Positions 8,218-18,889 of a stretch of 64,000 nucleotides of DNA are shown piece by piece; position 1 is the first letter of the stretch; each line of letters starts with the position of its first letter. The stretch comes from Dehalococcoidia bacterium (lineage in GTDB: Bacteria; Chloroflexota; Dehalococcoidia; GIF9; UBA5629), in the NCBI GenBank assembly GCA_050011565.1, contig JBEKIW010000004.1, positions 60,553 through 124,552 of the forward strand, given 5' to 3'. The notes under the pieces are model-generated. The model did not search any database, was not told the origin of the DNA, and saw only the letters and a program-made list of their open reading frames with translations. The position numbers were made by a program, and so were the translations under genes.

Positions 8218-10623
8218 ATGAAAGTTTCACTTCGCTGGCTAAAAGAATACGTCGACTTTTCACTGCCGGTTGAGGAGTTGTCTGAACGGCTGACCATGGC
8301 AGGGTTAGAAGTTGGTGAGACAAAGGTAATTGGTGTAAATTGGGATAACATAGTAGTTGGCAAGATAATCGATGTTAATCCACATCCAAATGCCGACCGG
8401 CTGAAATTAGTAACCGTAGATTTAGGCAAACAGCATTCCACCGTGGTCTGCGGCGCACCTAACGTGGCCGTTGGTGACAAGGTGGCTTTTGCCCGGGTTG
8501 GAGCTCAACTCATAGATGGTCATAGCGGCGAAATGGTGCAATTAAAGCCAGCCAAGATTCGGGGCATTGTTTCTGAAGGGATGGTCTGCTCTGAGAAAGA
8601 ATTGGGGATTTCTGACAGTCATGAAGGTATTATGATTCTTCCCGGAGAAGCGATTATTGGTACTCCTTTGTCTGAATATATTGGCGATACGATTCTTGAC
8701 CTTGACATAACGCCAAACCGCCCCGATTGTCTATCCGTGATTGGTATCGCCAGGGAGATAGCGGCTCTAACGGGAAGCAAGATGAACGTTCCCGAAATTC
8801 ATTACAATGAGTCGGAAAGAGCGGTAGATTCCTATGCCGCTGTGCAAATAGTCGAACCGAACTTGTGTCCCAGGTATTGTGCCAGCTTGATGGCTGATAT
8901 CAAGGTAACTGAATCGCCGCAGTGGATGCAAGGAAGGCTGTTAGCTTGCGGTATGCGTCCCATTAATAATATCGTTGATGTTACCAACTATGTGATGCTG
9001 GAATACGGTCAGCCGCTTCATGCCTTCGACTTCAACGAGATACGCGGTAAACAGATTATCATACGCCGAGCTGCAAATGGTGAAGCCATAACTACGTTGG
9101 ACGGGGTACAGAGGACTCTCAACTCGAATATACTGGTGATTGCCGACAAAGAGAGAGCCATCGCTATTGCCGGTATAATGGGAGGAGCAGATTCTGAAGT
9201 TACAGAGAATACTACAACTGTTCTGATAGAGTCGGCGAATTTCAATCAGGCTGTTATTCATCGAGGAAGCCTTGGCCTCCGGCTGAGCAGTGAAGCATCG
9301 CTACGTTTTGAGAAAGGTCTTAGCCGAGACTTACCGCTAATAGCATTGAAACGGGCTACACAATTGTTGGCGGAGCTGGCTCAGGGCAAAGTGGCCAAAG
9401 GCATTATCGATGTTTATCCTGGCAAACAGCAGAAGGAGCCTATATTTTTTCCTGTCTCTGATGTTAGACGCCTTCTCGGAGTGGAGTTAAAGGCAGGCGA
9501 CGCATGCAAGACTTTGGAGCTACTTGGGTTTGGTTGTCGACAAGTGGAATATAATTCGCAACTTCAAGTAGTGGTCCCCTGGTGGCGCACGGACGTAAAT
9601 TGCACTGCCGATTTGGTTGAAGAGATAGCTCGCATTATAGGTTATGATAAAATCCCGACTACTATGCTGAGTGCCACGTTGTCAAGGTACGAGCCAGTGC
9701 CGATGCTGCATCTCAGACGACAACTGCGTAATATCCTTATCAGTTGTGGTTTTCAGGAAGTACTTACCTATTCCTTGACCAGTTTAGAGATGTTGGGGAT
9801 GCTTTCACCAGAGCTTCGTTTAATAGGCCCCAATCCGATGAAGGTGGCTAATCCGATGTCCAGAGAGCAAGAATATCTTAGGACCAGTCTAAGGGCTGGC
9901 CCGCTATCAGTTCTAGCTCGCAATGAAAGATATGAAGAGAACGGCATAAGACTTTTTGAGATTGGCAAGGTCTTTATGCCCAGGGAAATGGATTTGCCTG
10001 AAGAACACGAGATGCTTTGCGCTGTACTTAGTGGTTCCCAGCGCAGCTTATCCTGGCGCGGCGAAGAAGAGCCGGTTGATTTCTTCGTTGCCAAGGGAGT
10101 GGCAGAAACCATTTTATCACGGTTAGGAGTAGGGGTGAGATTTGAGTCAAGTCAAGACGAAAGCCTATTCCCCGGCAGAATCGCTGATATAGTGGTCGAA
10201 ACCCATAAATTGGGTACAGTTGGGGAACTGCACCCTAAAGTATCAAAAGCATTTGGAATTTCCGGGACTGCTTATCTTATTGAAATCGATTTGGATAAAT
10301 TATCATCCTTTACGGTCACTCTCAAAACATTTCAAGCCATCCCTCGATATCCGAGCACAAGTAGAGATATTGCGCTGCTGGTAGATGAAAAAGTAACATA
10401 TCAACAGATTTGTTTCATCATCCAGAGCTTTTCTCTAGTAAGCTCGGTTGTCCTTTTCGACTTCTATTTGGGAAAACAGGTGCCAGCGGGTAAGAAATCG
10501 CTGGCTTTCAGAATCGTTTACCAATCATCGACTCATACCTTGACCGATGGTGAAGTCGACGAAGTCCAGCAGCAAATTATCGATAAGCTGCAGCGCGAAT
10601 TAGGGGCCGTTTTGAGGAGTTGA
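8218..10623 (+). CDS. pheT: phenylalanyl-tRNA synthetase beta subunit
   Basis: 801 aa. N-terminal tRNA-binding (EMAP-like) domain, B3/4 and B5 domains, C-terminal FDX-ACB-like domain. Confidence 0.9.
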   Translation: MKVSLRWLKEYVDFSLPVEELSERLTMAGLEVGETKVIGVNWDNIVVGKIIDVNPHPNADRLKLVTVDLGKQHSTVVCGAPNVAVGDKVAFARVGAQLIDGHSGEMVQLKPAKIRGIVSEGMVCSEKELGISDSHEGIMILPGEAIIGTPLSEYIGDTILDLDITPNRPDCLSVIGIAREIAALTGSKMNVPEIHYNESERAVDSYAAVQIVEPNLCPRYCASLMADIKVTESPQWMQGRLLACGMRPINNIVDVTNYVMLEYGQPLHAFDFNEIRGKQIIIRRAANGEAITTLDGVQRTLNSNILVIADKERAIAIAGIMGGADSEVTENTTTVLIESANFNQAVIHRGSLGLRLSSEASLRFEKGLSRDLPLIALKRATQLLAELAQGKVAKGIIDVYPGKQQKEPIFFPVSDVRRLLGVELKAGDACKTLELLGFGCRQVEYNSQLQVVVPWWRTDVNCTADLVEEIARIIGYDKIPTTMLSATLSRYEPVPMLHLRRQLRNILISCGFQEVLTYSLTSLEMLGMLSPELRLIGPNPMKVANPMSREQEYLRTSLRAGPLSVLARNERYEENGIRLFEIGKVFMPREMDLPEEHEMLCAVLSGSQRSLSWRGEEEPVDFFVAKGVAETILSRLGVGVRFESSQDESLFPGRIADIVVETHKLGTVGELHPKVSKAFGISGTAYLIEIDLDKLSSFTVTLKTFQAIPRYPSTSRDIALLVDEKVTYQQICFIIQSFSLVSSVVLFDFYLGKQVPAGKKSLAFRIVYQSSTHTLTDGEVDEVQQQIIDKLQRELGAVLRS

Positions 10624-10730
10624 TTTATCGGTGACAGAAGTCTTCAAAAATTTTCTCTAATAAGCGAAAATTTTGATTTGATTTGCGTTATAATTGGATG
10701 TGATTATTTACAGGAAAGGGGTAGACAAGC

Positions 10731-12482
10731 GTGAAAACTAAAGTTTTCGCTCCGGTTTTATGCCTGGCTTTGCTTTTGACTATTTGTTTGGTAAGTCCTG
10801 TTCAGGCTGCAGCGGCAATGGCTCCTAATACTGGTGTGGTTGGGGCTACGGTGACCGTATCGGGACTGTTAAAAGGTACTTATTCTATTAAATGGGACAG
10901 CGTGGGAATCAAGAGTGGCAATCTATCTGGAGATGGTAGCGTCAGCTTCACAGTGCCTGATACCGCCGGAGGTAATCATATAGTTACAGTAGACAATCCG
11001 ACTGGTACTCAGGTATTGTCTGATACTTTCTCTGTTCTTCCGTCTCTAAGTGTCAGTCCAGATTCAGGTGTAGTCGGTGATGAAATCACTGTCAGCGGTA
11101 AGGGCTTCTTAGTCAGCGAAAACAACATTGTAGTTTCTTACGATGGCACAAGTGTGAAGACAGGAATCGCGGCCGGTAATACGGGCTCGTGGGAAACAAC
11201 TTTTTCCTTGCCAGCCTCTGCAAAAGGAAGTCGCACGGTCGATGCATCGGGGCAAACTACCAAGGCAAGTGACGTTCCCGATGTCACCGTGACCATAAAT
11301 CCCACCATCAGTATGACTCCTGTATCAGGTAATGTTGGCACCTCAGTTACCGTTAGCGGTACCGGCTTTGGCAAGAGTGAAGAAAGCATTCAAGTTACCT
11401 ACGATGGTGCCAGTGCTAAGACCGGGCTCAGTGCCGACACCAAAGGGTCTTGGAGTGCTGTCTTCAATATTCCTAACTCAACCAAAGGCGGGCATACAAT
11501 AGACGCCTCGGGTGCTTCCACAAATGCCGGTGATGTTCCGGATCTCACTTTTATCGTGTCTTCGGCCGTGACTGTTAAGCCCGCGTCCGGATCTGTAGGT
11601 GATGCTATCACCGTCGCCGGCTGCGGTTTCGGCGGGAGTGAAAGCGGCATTACAATAACGCTTGACGGTAACATTGTCAAGAGCGATATCGTAGCTAATA
11701 GCGAAGGATGCTGGAACTCATCTATGACAGTACCGTCAACTACCGCAGGCAATCATGTGATAGATGCCTATGGCGCTTCAACCACGGCCTCTGAAGTTGC
11801 GGATACTAAGTTGGTTGTTTTGTCCAAGATGACTCTGGAGCCTGCTGAGGGCCATGTGGGCAGTAATATAGCGATAAACGGTGCTGGTTTCGGAGCAGGT
11901 AAAGTGGTGACTCTTAAATATGACAGTACTGCCCTGGTTAACGAATACACCACCGATGATAAAGGCAATTTTCAGGCGAGCCTGGTAGCTCCTAAAAGTC
12001 CTGGCGGTAAGCATAACTTAACTGCTACCGATGCCGGCGGCGCCTCAGCCACAGCAGTTTTCAATATGGAAACAACTCCACCGTCAGTGCCACAAATTGT
12101 GTCGCCGAAGGAAGGCAGCAGGGTAGGCCTTTTCGACCGTATTACTGCTACTTTTGAGTGGGCTGCTGTTTCTGACCCCAGCGGTGTTAGCTACAGCTTG
12201 CAGATATCTACTCAATCTGATTTTGCAACTACGCTGCTGAGTAAGGAAAACCTGGCTGAGCCTAAGTATACTTTGACTGATGAGGAGGCTTTATCGCGAG
12301 GAAAATATTATTGGCGAGTTAAAGCTATAGATGGCGCCAGTAATGATAGCGGCTGGGCTCAGTCCATAGAATTTAAAGCCGGGCTAATGCCTCTATGGGC
12401 ATTCATACTTATCGTCATCGTTGCCGCCCTTTTCTTGACTCGTTTGTTTTTCTTTGTGCGTAATATGAGAAAGGAACACTAG
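10731..12482 (+). CDS. cell-surface protein with tandem Ig-like (IPT/TIG-like) repeats and a C-terminal TM anchor
   Basis: 583 aa. GTG start, signal peptide (LCLALLLTICLVSPVQA). At least five repeats of about 90 aa (consensus P.SG.VG..VTVSG.GF...E..I.VTYDG...KTG..AD..GSW...F.IP.ST.GGH.IDA.GAST.A..V.D). Conserved C-terminal module (YYWRVKAIDGASNDSGW), then a TM helix and a basic tail. Confidence 0.6.
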   Translation: MKTKVFAPVLCLALLLTICLVSPVQAAAAMAPNTGVVGATVTVSGLLKGTYSIKWDSVGIKSGNLSGDGSVSFTVPDTAGGNHIVTVDNPTGTQVLSDTFSVLPSLSVSPDSGVVGDEITVSGKGFLVSENNIVVSYDGTSVKTGIAAGNTGSWETTFSLPASAKGSRTVDASGQTTKASDVPDVTVTINPTISMTPVSGNVGTSVTVSGTGFGKSEESIQVTYDGASAKTGLSADTKGSWSAVFNIPNSTKGGHTIDASGASTNAGDVPDLTFIVSSAVTVKPASGSVGDAITVAGCGFGGSESGITITLDGNIVKSDIVANSEGCWNSSMTVPSTTAGNHVIDAYGASTTASEVADTKLVVLSKMTLEPAEGHVGSNIAINGAGFGAGKVVTLKYDSTALVNEYTTDDKGNFQASLVAPKSPGGKHNLTATDAGGASATAVFNMETTPPSVPQIVSPKEGSRVGLFDRITATFEWAAVSDPSGVSYSLQISTQSDFATTLLSKENLAEPKYTLTDEEALSRGKYYWRVKAIDGASNDSGWAQSIEFKAGLMPLWAFILIVIVAALFLTRLFFFVRNMRKEH

Positions 12483-12575
12483 AGATCGTTTCGCCGGGCA
12501 GGTTTATTTTTCTTAAAGTTGGTTAGTTTTGTCGGCAAAGAATAGGTCTGAGCAGCGTGTAAAAACGAGCGTGCC

Positions 12576-14285
12576 TTAATTCCCGCTAGCTTCACGGATT
12601 AACTTATCAATTTTCAAGGCTATCGCTTCCAATGGCACCAGTTCGGCTTGCTTTTCCTTGCGCCATTTTAGCTCTATACTCTGGCTTTGCAGAGTGCGGG
12701 GGCTTATGGTTAGGCGCAGCGGTATTCCCAGAAGGTCTGCATCGTTGAATTTGACACCCGGGGAATCGTCTCTGTCATCGTAGAGAACTTCAATGTTTCG
12801 ATTCGTCAGGTCCTGATAGACCTTCTCAGCAGCTTCAGCAACATCTGGATTTTCCAGACGGAGAGGGCAAAGGTAAACTTGATAAGGGGCAATGCTTAAG
12901 GGCCAGATAATACCTTTATCATCATGATTCTGCTCTATTGCTGCTGCCAGCAGCCTGCCAAGCCCGATGCCGTACGTACCCATGATAATTGGGCGCGACA
13001 CCCCATTTTGATCAAGAAAGGAGGCGCCAAGTTTCTCACTTAGAAAAGTGCCCAGTTTGAAGACATGGCCGACCTCGATTCCGAGGCTAGAAAAGAGTTT
13101 ACCACTGCATTTTGGGCAACCATCCTCGGGCCGAGCCGTGGAAATATCAGCTATTATGCTGACCTCGAAATCGCGGGGATAGTTAACGTTTTTGAGGTGA
13201 GTGTCCGGTTTATTGGCACCGGCAACGAAATTGGAGCCCAGGGTTATCGAATCATCGGCGATAATCTTGATTCCCTTCAAGCCAACCGGCGAAGCCGCAC
13301 CAGCAACTAACCCGGCTGTACTCACTTCGGCTTCCGTAGCCAGGCGCAATTCGGAGGATTTCAGGAGATTTCGGAGTTTCGTCTCGTTGACTTCCATATC
13401 ACCTCTGATGACCACGAAGACGAGCTCGCCATCAGCAGAATAAAAGACGGCTTTAAGCGTCTGATGTGGTGCCACGCCAACAAAATTAGCTACCTCTTCG
13501 ATGGTTTTTATATTCGGGGTCGATATTTCCTCGACAGGTAAAGCTGTTTTCATCTCGAATTTGGTTTTTTCGCTCTGAGCTTTTTCCAGGTTCGCGGCGT
13601 AGTCGCAGTTTACGCAATGGATGATTCCATCTTCACCGGTCTCGGCAATGAGCATAAACTCATGAGACTCCTTGCCGCCTATAGCGCCGCTGTCAGCTTC
13701 CACTATCGAGGCCGGTAAACCGCAGCGGGAATAAACGTTCTTGTAGGCCTGTATCATTTCTTGATATGTTCTATCTAAATCTGCCTCATCCGTATGGAAA
13801 CTGTAGAGGTCTTTCATAATGAATTCACGGACACGTAACAGCCCGCCTCGAGGTCGAGGTTCATCGCGAAACTTATTTTGGATTTGGTAGAGCAGAAGTG
13901 GTAAGTCGCGATAGCTTTGCACAAAATGTGCAACAAGGTCTGTAATGACCTCTTCATGGGTAGGCCCCAAGACTAATGTGTGTTCTCGTCGGTCGGTAAT
14001 AGTGAACAGTGTTTTGCCGAAAGCAGTATATCTGCCTGATTTCTCCCATAGTTCGAAGGGCTGGAGTGAAGGCAACATCAATTCCTGCCCTCCCGCTTTA
14101 TCCATTTCCTCTCGAATTATTTGCTCAATTTTCTTGAGCACCCTCCAACCCAAAGGCAAATAGGAATAAACACCAGCCGCTACCTGTTGAATCATGCCAG
14201 CCCGGAGTAACAACTGATGACTGGCGGTATCAGCTTCTGACGGTATTTCCTTTAGCGTTTTGCCAAACAAATTGGAAAATCTCAT
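12576..14285 (-). CDS. proS: prolyl-tRNA synthetase (bacterial type with INS editing domain)
   Basis: 569 aa. Class II motifs, inserted editing domain, C-terminal anticodon-binding domain. Confidence 0.9.
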   Translation of the reverse strand: MRFSNLFGKTLKEIPSEADTASHQLLLRAGMIQQVAAGVYSYLPLGWRVLKKIEQIIREEMDKAGGQELMLPSLQPFELWEKSGRYTAFGKTLFTITDRREHTLVLGPTHEEVITDLVAHFVQSYRDLPLLLYQIQNKFRDEPRPRGGLLRVREFIMKDLYSFHTDEADLDRTYQEMIQAYKNVYSRCGLPASIVEADSGAIGGKESHEFMLIAETGEDGIIHCVNCDYAANLEKAQSEKTKFEMKTALPVEEISTPNIKTIEEVANFVGVAPHQTLKAVFYSADGELVFVVIRGDMEVNETKLRNLLKSSELRLATEAEVSTAGLVAGAASPVGLKGIKIIADDSITLGSNFVAGANKPDTHLKNVNYPRDFEVSIIADISTARPEDGCPKCSGKLFSSLGIEVGHVFKLGTFLSEKLGASFLDQNGVSRPIIMGTYGIGLGRLLAAAIEQNHDDKGIIWPLSIAPYQVYLCPLRLENPDVAEAAEKVYQDLTNRNIEVLYDDRDDSPGVKFNDADLLGIPLRLTISPRTLQSQSIELKWRKEKQAELVPLEAIALKIDKLIREASGN

Positions 14286-14343
14286 ATATTTTTATCCCTA
14301 CCAGCGTTAAAGAAAGTTCGCAAGCTACGTCATTACTAACAAG

Positions 14344-14625
14344 TTATTCTATACTAAAGGGAGGATATTTGTCAGTTAGAAGCAGATAATAGCTGCTTAC
14401 CCTCGTATACCAGCGGACATAGCCGGCGACAAAAGTGAAAGCCCATTTGGGATATTTACCGGTAAAGAGAATAGCCCACCAGGAGATGAAGGCGATAACA
14501 CCGGAAGCAATGCCTAGAGCCCAAAGAATAATCGCGTGAGGTATAACCATGAAGGCTCTAAAGAAGGTGGTTAGCCGTGAAAGCTTCTCCGAATAACTTG
14601 TGCCGACGGTTATTGGGTATTCCAC
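14344..14625 (-). CDS. small membrane protein (DUF4389-like)
   Basis: 93 aa with two predicted TM helices. No catalytic motif. Confidence 0.4.
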   Translation of the reverse strand: MEYPITVGTSYSEKLSRLTTFFRAFMVIPHAIILWALGIASGVIAFISWWAILFTGKYPKWAFTFVAGYVRWYTRVSSYYLLLTDKYPPFSIE

Positions 14626-14708
14626 TTTATTCTCCTTTTTGTTTATATATGTTTACAAATGTCTTTATATTCTGTTCGGATGAAGTTTAGCTACAGGAAT
14701 ATATCTGT

Positions 14709-15761
14709 TTAATTTAGTAGGTTTTTAACTTCTGCCATAAGTGCCTTCAAGAAGTCTTTTTCAGCTACGGTGCTGACAACTTTGCCTTTTCTAAAAATGG
14801 CACCTTTGCCTCTGCCGCAGGCAATGCCGACGTCAGCTTCTTTCGCTTCGCCGGGACCATTGACAACGCAGCCCATAACAGCAACCTTGATGGGCTGGCT
14901 TATATCTCTTAAGCTGCTGTCTACGGATTCAGCAAGGCCGATAATATCGACTTCAGCCCGCCCACATGATGGGCAGCTTATCAAAGTAGGGCCGTGTTGG
15001 CGAAGACCAAGAGTTTTCAAAATCTCGTAGGCAGTGTTGACCTCTTCACATGGGTGGGCACTAAGAGAGACCCGTATGGTGTCGCCAATACCTTCATCAA
15101 GTAGTATACCAATACCAACAGCACTGCGGACAGCACCGGCTCTGGGGAGTCCCGCCTCAGTTATGCCCAGGTGCAAAGGATAAGATATTTTGGCGGCTAT
15201 TGCCCTGTAAGCTTCAACAGTAGTAGGCACGTCAAAGGCTTTCAGCGATACTTTGATCAAATCAAAGTCTAAACTTTCCAGCAGCTTGATTTGCTCCAGA
15301 GCTATATTCACCATGTGCTTAGAGGTAGATATGGATGGCTTCGATGCAGGCGGTAGGCTTCCTGCATTGATGCCGATACGAATGGGCACTTGCCTTTGCC
15401 TGGCTGCCTTTACTACTTCGGTAACTTGTTCCGGCTCTCGTATATTACCGGGGTTCAGACGAAGCCCATCGGCACCTGCTCTTAAGGACTCGAGGGCAAG
15501 CCGATAGTCGAAATGTATATCAGCAACAATTGGGATGGATGTTTTCTTCTTGATGTTTGAAATAGCCTGCGCAGCTTCAGAATCCGGTACAGCTACTCTG
15601 GCTATCTCACAGCCACAATCGGCGAGTTCATTAATCTGATTTACAGTAGCTTTTATATCTCTGGTGTCGGTTTTGGCCATTGATTGGACTGCAACAGGAG
15701 CATCACCGCCTATGGTTACGTCTCCAATTCTGATAGGTTTTGATTGCCTGCGTACTATCAA
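14709..15761 (-). CDS. ispG: 4-hydroxy-3-methylbut-2-en-1-yl diphosphate synthase (flavodoxin)
   Basis: 350 aa. TIM-barrel N-domain and C-terminal 4Fe-4S domain with CPSCGR...GCVVNGPGE. MEP pathway. Confidence 0.9.
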   Translation of the reverse strand: MIVRRQSKPIRIGDVTIGGDAPVAVQSMAKTDTRDIKATVNQINELADCGCEIARVAVPDSEAAQAISNIKKKTSIPIVADIHFDYRLALESLRAGADGLRLNPGNIREPEQVTEVVKAARQRQVPIRIGINAGSLPPASKPSISTSKHMVNIALEQIKLLESLDFDLIKVSLKAFDVPTTVEAYRAIAAKISYPLHLGITEAGLPRAGAVRSAVGIGILLDEGIGDTIRVSLSAHPCEEVNTAYEILKTLGLRQHGPTLISCPSCGRAEVDIIGLAESVDSSLRDISQPIKVAVMGCVVNGPGEAKEADVGIACGRGKGAIFRKGKVVSTVAEKDFLKALMAEVKNLLN

Positions 15762-16828
15762 GGTAAAATACTCTCTCCCTGAATAATATGTGTAACATCA
15801 AAGTAGCTTACCACAATAATCAGAAGCATTAGCACCGCGAAGCCTATAAGGTGGACAAGGCCCTCTCTTTTTGGGGATATCCTTTTTCCTCGCCGGACCC
15901 ATTCTAAAGCCACAAAGATTAGTCTGCCCCCATCGAGACCCGGGAAGGGGAAGATGTTAATTATGGCCAGGTTTATACTGATTAGCGCGGCAAATTCCAG
16001 CAGGGGGCTTATGCCGGCTTTAGCAATCTGACCGGTGATTTCGGCAATACCTATCGGTCCGGTTACTTGAGGTGGTGTTCCTCCAATGAACCACCCTACC
16101 ACTTCATTACGGAATAAAACGAGTATTTCCCAGCAATGAACTATACTTGAAGGCACCGCTTTCCAAATAGGGTCCGATTGGCGGACTGTTGTACTGTCTA
16201 CACCGATGATATTGATGCCGGTTGCCCCTTGCCCCTCAGGCGGATTCCATCTTGGCTTCAAACTTAGTTCCTTAGGAGGGAGTTCGTCGCTTTGAAGCAA
16301 AATATTTACCTGTGAGCCTAGGTAAAGCTGGATAAAATAACCAACATCGCTACGATTTTTAATTGTGTGACCGTTTATTGCTAGGATTGTATCTCCCGGC
16401 TCAATTCCAGCCATCTGAGCTGGTGAACCTGGGGCAACTTCTTGTACCTGTACTTTCTCGAGAATCATATTGTGCGGGATCATAAAACTGATAGAAAACA
16501 GTAATATGGGTAGCAAAATATTCATCAACGAGCCGGCACTGAGAACCAGAATTCGTACGGGGATGCTCTTGCTGGCGAGGCTTCCCGGCAGTGTTGGGTC
16601 TTCTTCTCCGACCATCTTGGTAAAGCCACCCAGAGGTATTGCATTTATAGAATACGTTGTCTCCCCTCGCCTGAAGCTGATGATCCTGGGCGGAAAACCT
16701 ATGCCGAATTCCTCCACCTTTACTCGAGCAAGCTTGGCGGTGATGAAATGCCCAAATTCATGGGCGAAGACAAGTAATATTAGTATGCCTATAAAACTGA
16801 CAATTGTAAGTACTATTGTTTCAATCAT
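15758..16828 (-). CDS. rseP: RIP metalloprotease RseP (M50 family)
   Basis: HEFGHF zinc motif at the N-terminus, PDZ domain, multiple TM helices. Overlaps ispG by 4 nt. Confidence 0.8.
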   Translation of the reverse strand: MIETIVLTIVSFIGILILLVFAHEFGHFITAKLARVKVEEFGIGFPPRIISFRRGETTYSINAIPLGGFTKMVGEEDPTLPGSLASKSIPVRILVLSAGSLMNILLPILLFSISFMIPHNMILEKVQVQEVAPGSPAQMAGIEPGDTILAINGHTIKNRSDVGYFIQLYLGSQVNILLQSDELPPKELSLKPRWNPPEGQGATGINIIGVDSTTVRQSDPIWKAVPSSIVHCWEILVLFRNEVVGWFIGGTPPQVTGPIGIAEITGQIAKAGISPLLEFAALISINLAIINIFPFPGLDGGRLIFVALEWVRRGKRISPKREGLVHLIGFAVLMLLIIVVSYFDVTHIIQGESILP

Positions 16829-16832
16829 AAAT

Positions 16833-17960
16833 TTACCTTGCTGCTGACTTCAGCGCCGTGTCTCTTGCCCACTCATCAGCTATTAAAATTTCTTCCAGAG
16901 TAGGGCTATCTATGCTCTGGTGTAAGCTAATGGTCTTGTCTATGATTTCTGCGATTTGGGGGAAAGCGATGCGCTGTTCAAGAAAAAGTTGGATAGCAAT
17001 CTCATCGGCGGCACAAAGTACAGCAGGGTAGGTTCCTCCTTTTTTCCCGGCATCCAATGCTAGTTGTAGGCAGGGAAACATGGCACAGTTTATTGTCTCA
17101 AAGGTCAGCGAATTCAATCGTGCGAGGTTCATGCGAGGCAAATTATCGTTGGCTAGCCGCTCGGGATACGACAAAGCATATTGAATGGCGAAACGCATAT
17201 CGGGGACACTAAGTTGAGCCTTAAGTGAGCCGTCAATAAATTCTACGAGAGAATGAATTATGCTCTGTGGATGAATTACTATTTCGATTTTGTTAAGGGG
17301 TATAGAAAAAAGCCAGCTAGCTTCGATTGTTTCCAGTCCCTTATTCATCAGGGTAGCCGAATCAATAGTAACTTTTTTCCCCATTTTCCATACCGGATGT
17401 TCTAGAGCTTCATCAACTGTAACCTTAGATAATCTTAAAGGTGAATGATGATAGAAAGGCCCTCCCGAAGCGGTGAGGATAAGCTGAGCTACCCCACCTT
17501 TCTCTCCTTGCAGGCATTGGTGTATGGCGCTGTGTTCGCTATCAATAGGCAGGATTTGTGCCTGCCGGAGTTTAGCCTCCTTCATAATAATTTCGCCTGC
17601 CATGACCAGCACTTCTTTATTGGCCAGAGCTATTTTTTTTCCTGACCTTATGGCTGCTAATGTCGGGGTCAGTCCTATTTTACCTGACGTGGCTACGACT
17701 ACCATGTTGACTTCTGGATGAGTGGCAACCTCTTCCATCGAAGAGAATTTGGTGTTGCCCGGAAGATTGAATCTGTGGGGTGAGTATACTAGTTTAGGCT
17801 GAAATTGACTTATTTGATCGCTGAGTAGGCTGGCATTTTTCCCACCGGCTAAACCTATTATCCTGAATTTGTCAGGGAAATCTCTTACTATGTCCAGGAC
17901 TTGCTGACCTATAGAACCTGTTGAGCCTATAACGGCTAGTTTTTTAATAACTTTACTCAT
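16833..17960 (-). CDS. dxr: 1-deoxy-D-xylulose 5-phosphate reductoisomerase
   Basis: 375 aa. N-terminal NADPH motif (LAVIGSTGSIGQQ), DXR catalytic and C-terminal domains. Confidence 0.9.
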   Translation of the reverse strand: MSKVIKKLAVIGSTGSIGQQVLDIVRDFPDKFRIIGLAGGKNASLLSDQISQFQPKLVYSPHRFNLPGNTKFSSMEEVATHPEVNMVVVATSGKIGLTPTLAAIRSGKKIALANKEVLVMAGEIIMKEAKLRQAQILPIDSEHSAIHQCLQGEKGGVAQLILTASGGPFYHHSPLRLSKVTVDEALEHPVWKMGKKVTIDSATLMNKGLETIEASWLFSIPLNKIEIVIHPQSIIHSLVEFIDGSLKAQLSVPDMRFAIQYALSYPERLANDNLPRMNLARLNSLTFETINCAMFPCLQLALDAGKKGGTYPAVLCAADEIAIQLFLEQRIAFPQIAEIIDKTISLHQSIDSPTLEEILIADEWARDTALKSAAR

Positions 17961-18751
17961 AATTTTGCCAGTTCTACGAAATAGTATACTATAACTCCCG
18001 TGAATATGAGACTGTCCACACGATCCAGCACGCCACCGTGTCCCGGTACTAGGTTGCCTGCGTCCTTGACGCCTGTGTTACGCTTAAGCAGTGACTCCAC
18101 TAAATCCCCAAGCTGTGCGAATATGCTGATAATGAAACCCGCAAGGGCTATCTGCCAGTAGCTGAAGGGCAACGTAAAGATTAAGCCGATAGTGAGAGAA
18201 GCCACAATACTGACTAACAGCCCGCCCATAGCTCCTTCCCAGGTTTTTCCGGAGCTTATTGACGGGGCAAGTGGGTGTTTGCCCCAGGCTCTGCCGACAA
18301 AAAAGGCGCTGGTATCATTGGCAAATGTGGTGAACATGGCCAAAAATACTAATTCCCTGCCCGATTCCAAGCCTCTGAGTTGGACCCAGTAGCTGAGCAT
18401 CCAGCCGATATAGAGGATAGCGGCCATCGTCCATACCCAGTTGGTAAAAGCCTGGTCTCTCGGGCGACGAAATAACAGCCAGATCAGGGATATAATTATT
18501 GCTGAGGTAATCAGGAAAGGTAATGTAGCCGGATATGGGCAGTGAGGACTGGCGATTATAAGTAGTACCCAGGCGATACCGAAATAGGTGATTGGCTGCA
18601 CTTTTAACCCGCCTGCCATTCGGTAGAACTCCCAGCTCGCAAGACCAGCCATGGCGGCTATTAAAAGTGTAAACCACGGTTCACCGAACCATATTATGGC
18701 GATCAGGAGTGGTAAGCCGACAAAAGCAGTTAGAATTCTATGCCTGAGCAT
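17957..18751 (-). CDS. cdsA: phosphatidate cytidylyltransferase
   Basis: 264 aa polytopic membrane protein with C-terminal CTP-transferase signature (GHGGVLDRVDSL). Overlaps dxr by 4 nt. Confidence 0.8.
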   Translation of the reverse strand: MLRHRILTAFVGLPLLIAIIWFGEPWFTLLIAAMAGLASWEFYRMAGGLKVQPITYFGIAWVLLIIASPHCPYPATLPFLITSAIIISLIWLLFRRPRDQAFTNWVWTMAAILYIGWMLSYWVQLRGLESGRELVFLAMFTTFANDTSAFFVGRAWGKHPLAPSISSGKTWEGAMGGLLVSIVASLTIGLIFTLPFSYWQIALAGFIISIFAQLGDLVESLLKRNTGVKDAGNLVPGHGGVLDRVDSLIFTGVIVYYFVELAKL

Positions 18752-18889
18752 ATTAATTCTTTGGCTCTGCGTGTCTTAAGTAGAGTTGGCCGCAGCGAGG
18801 GGCGTCAAATGTTGGTAGGGCTTGATTCATTGCATTTAACGTTTAGATTTATTTGCTGAAAAGGTGAGGGCTCGAAAGTTACGGAGTTC

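Noticed and set aside
12483-12575. Possible terminator between the surface-protein gene and proS (convergent)
   Set aside because: No stable hairpin could be drawn by eye.
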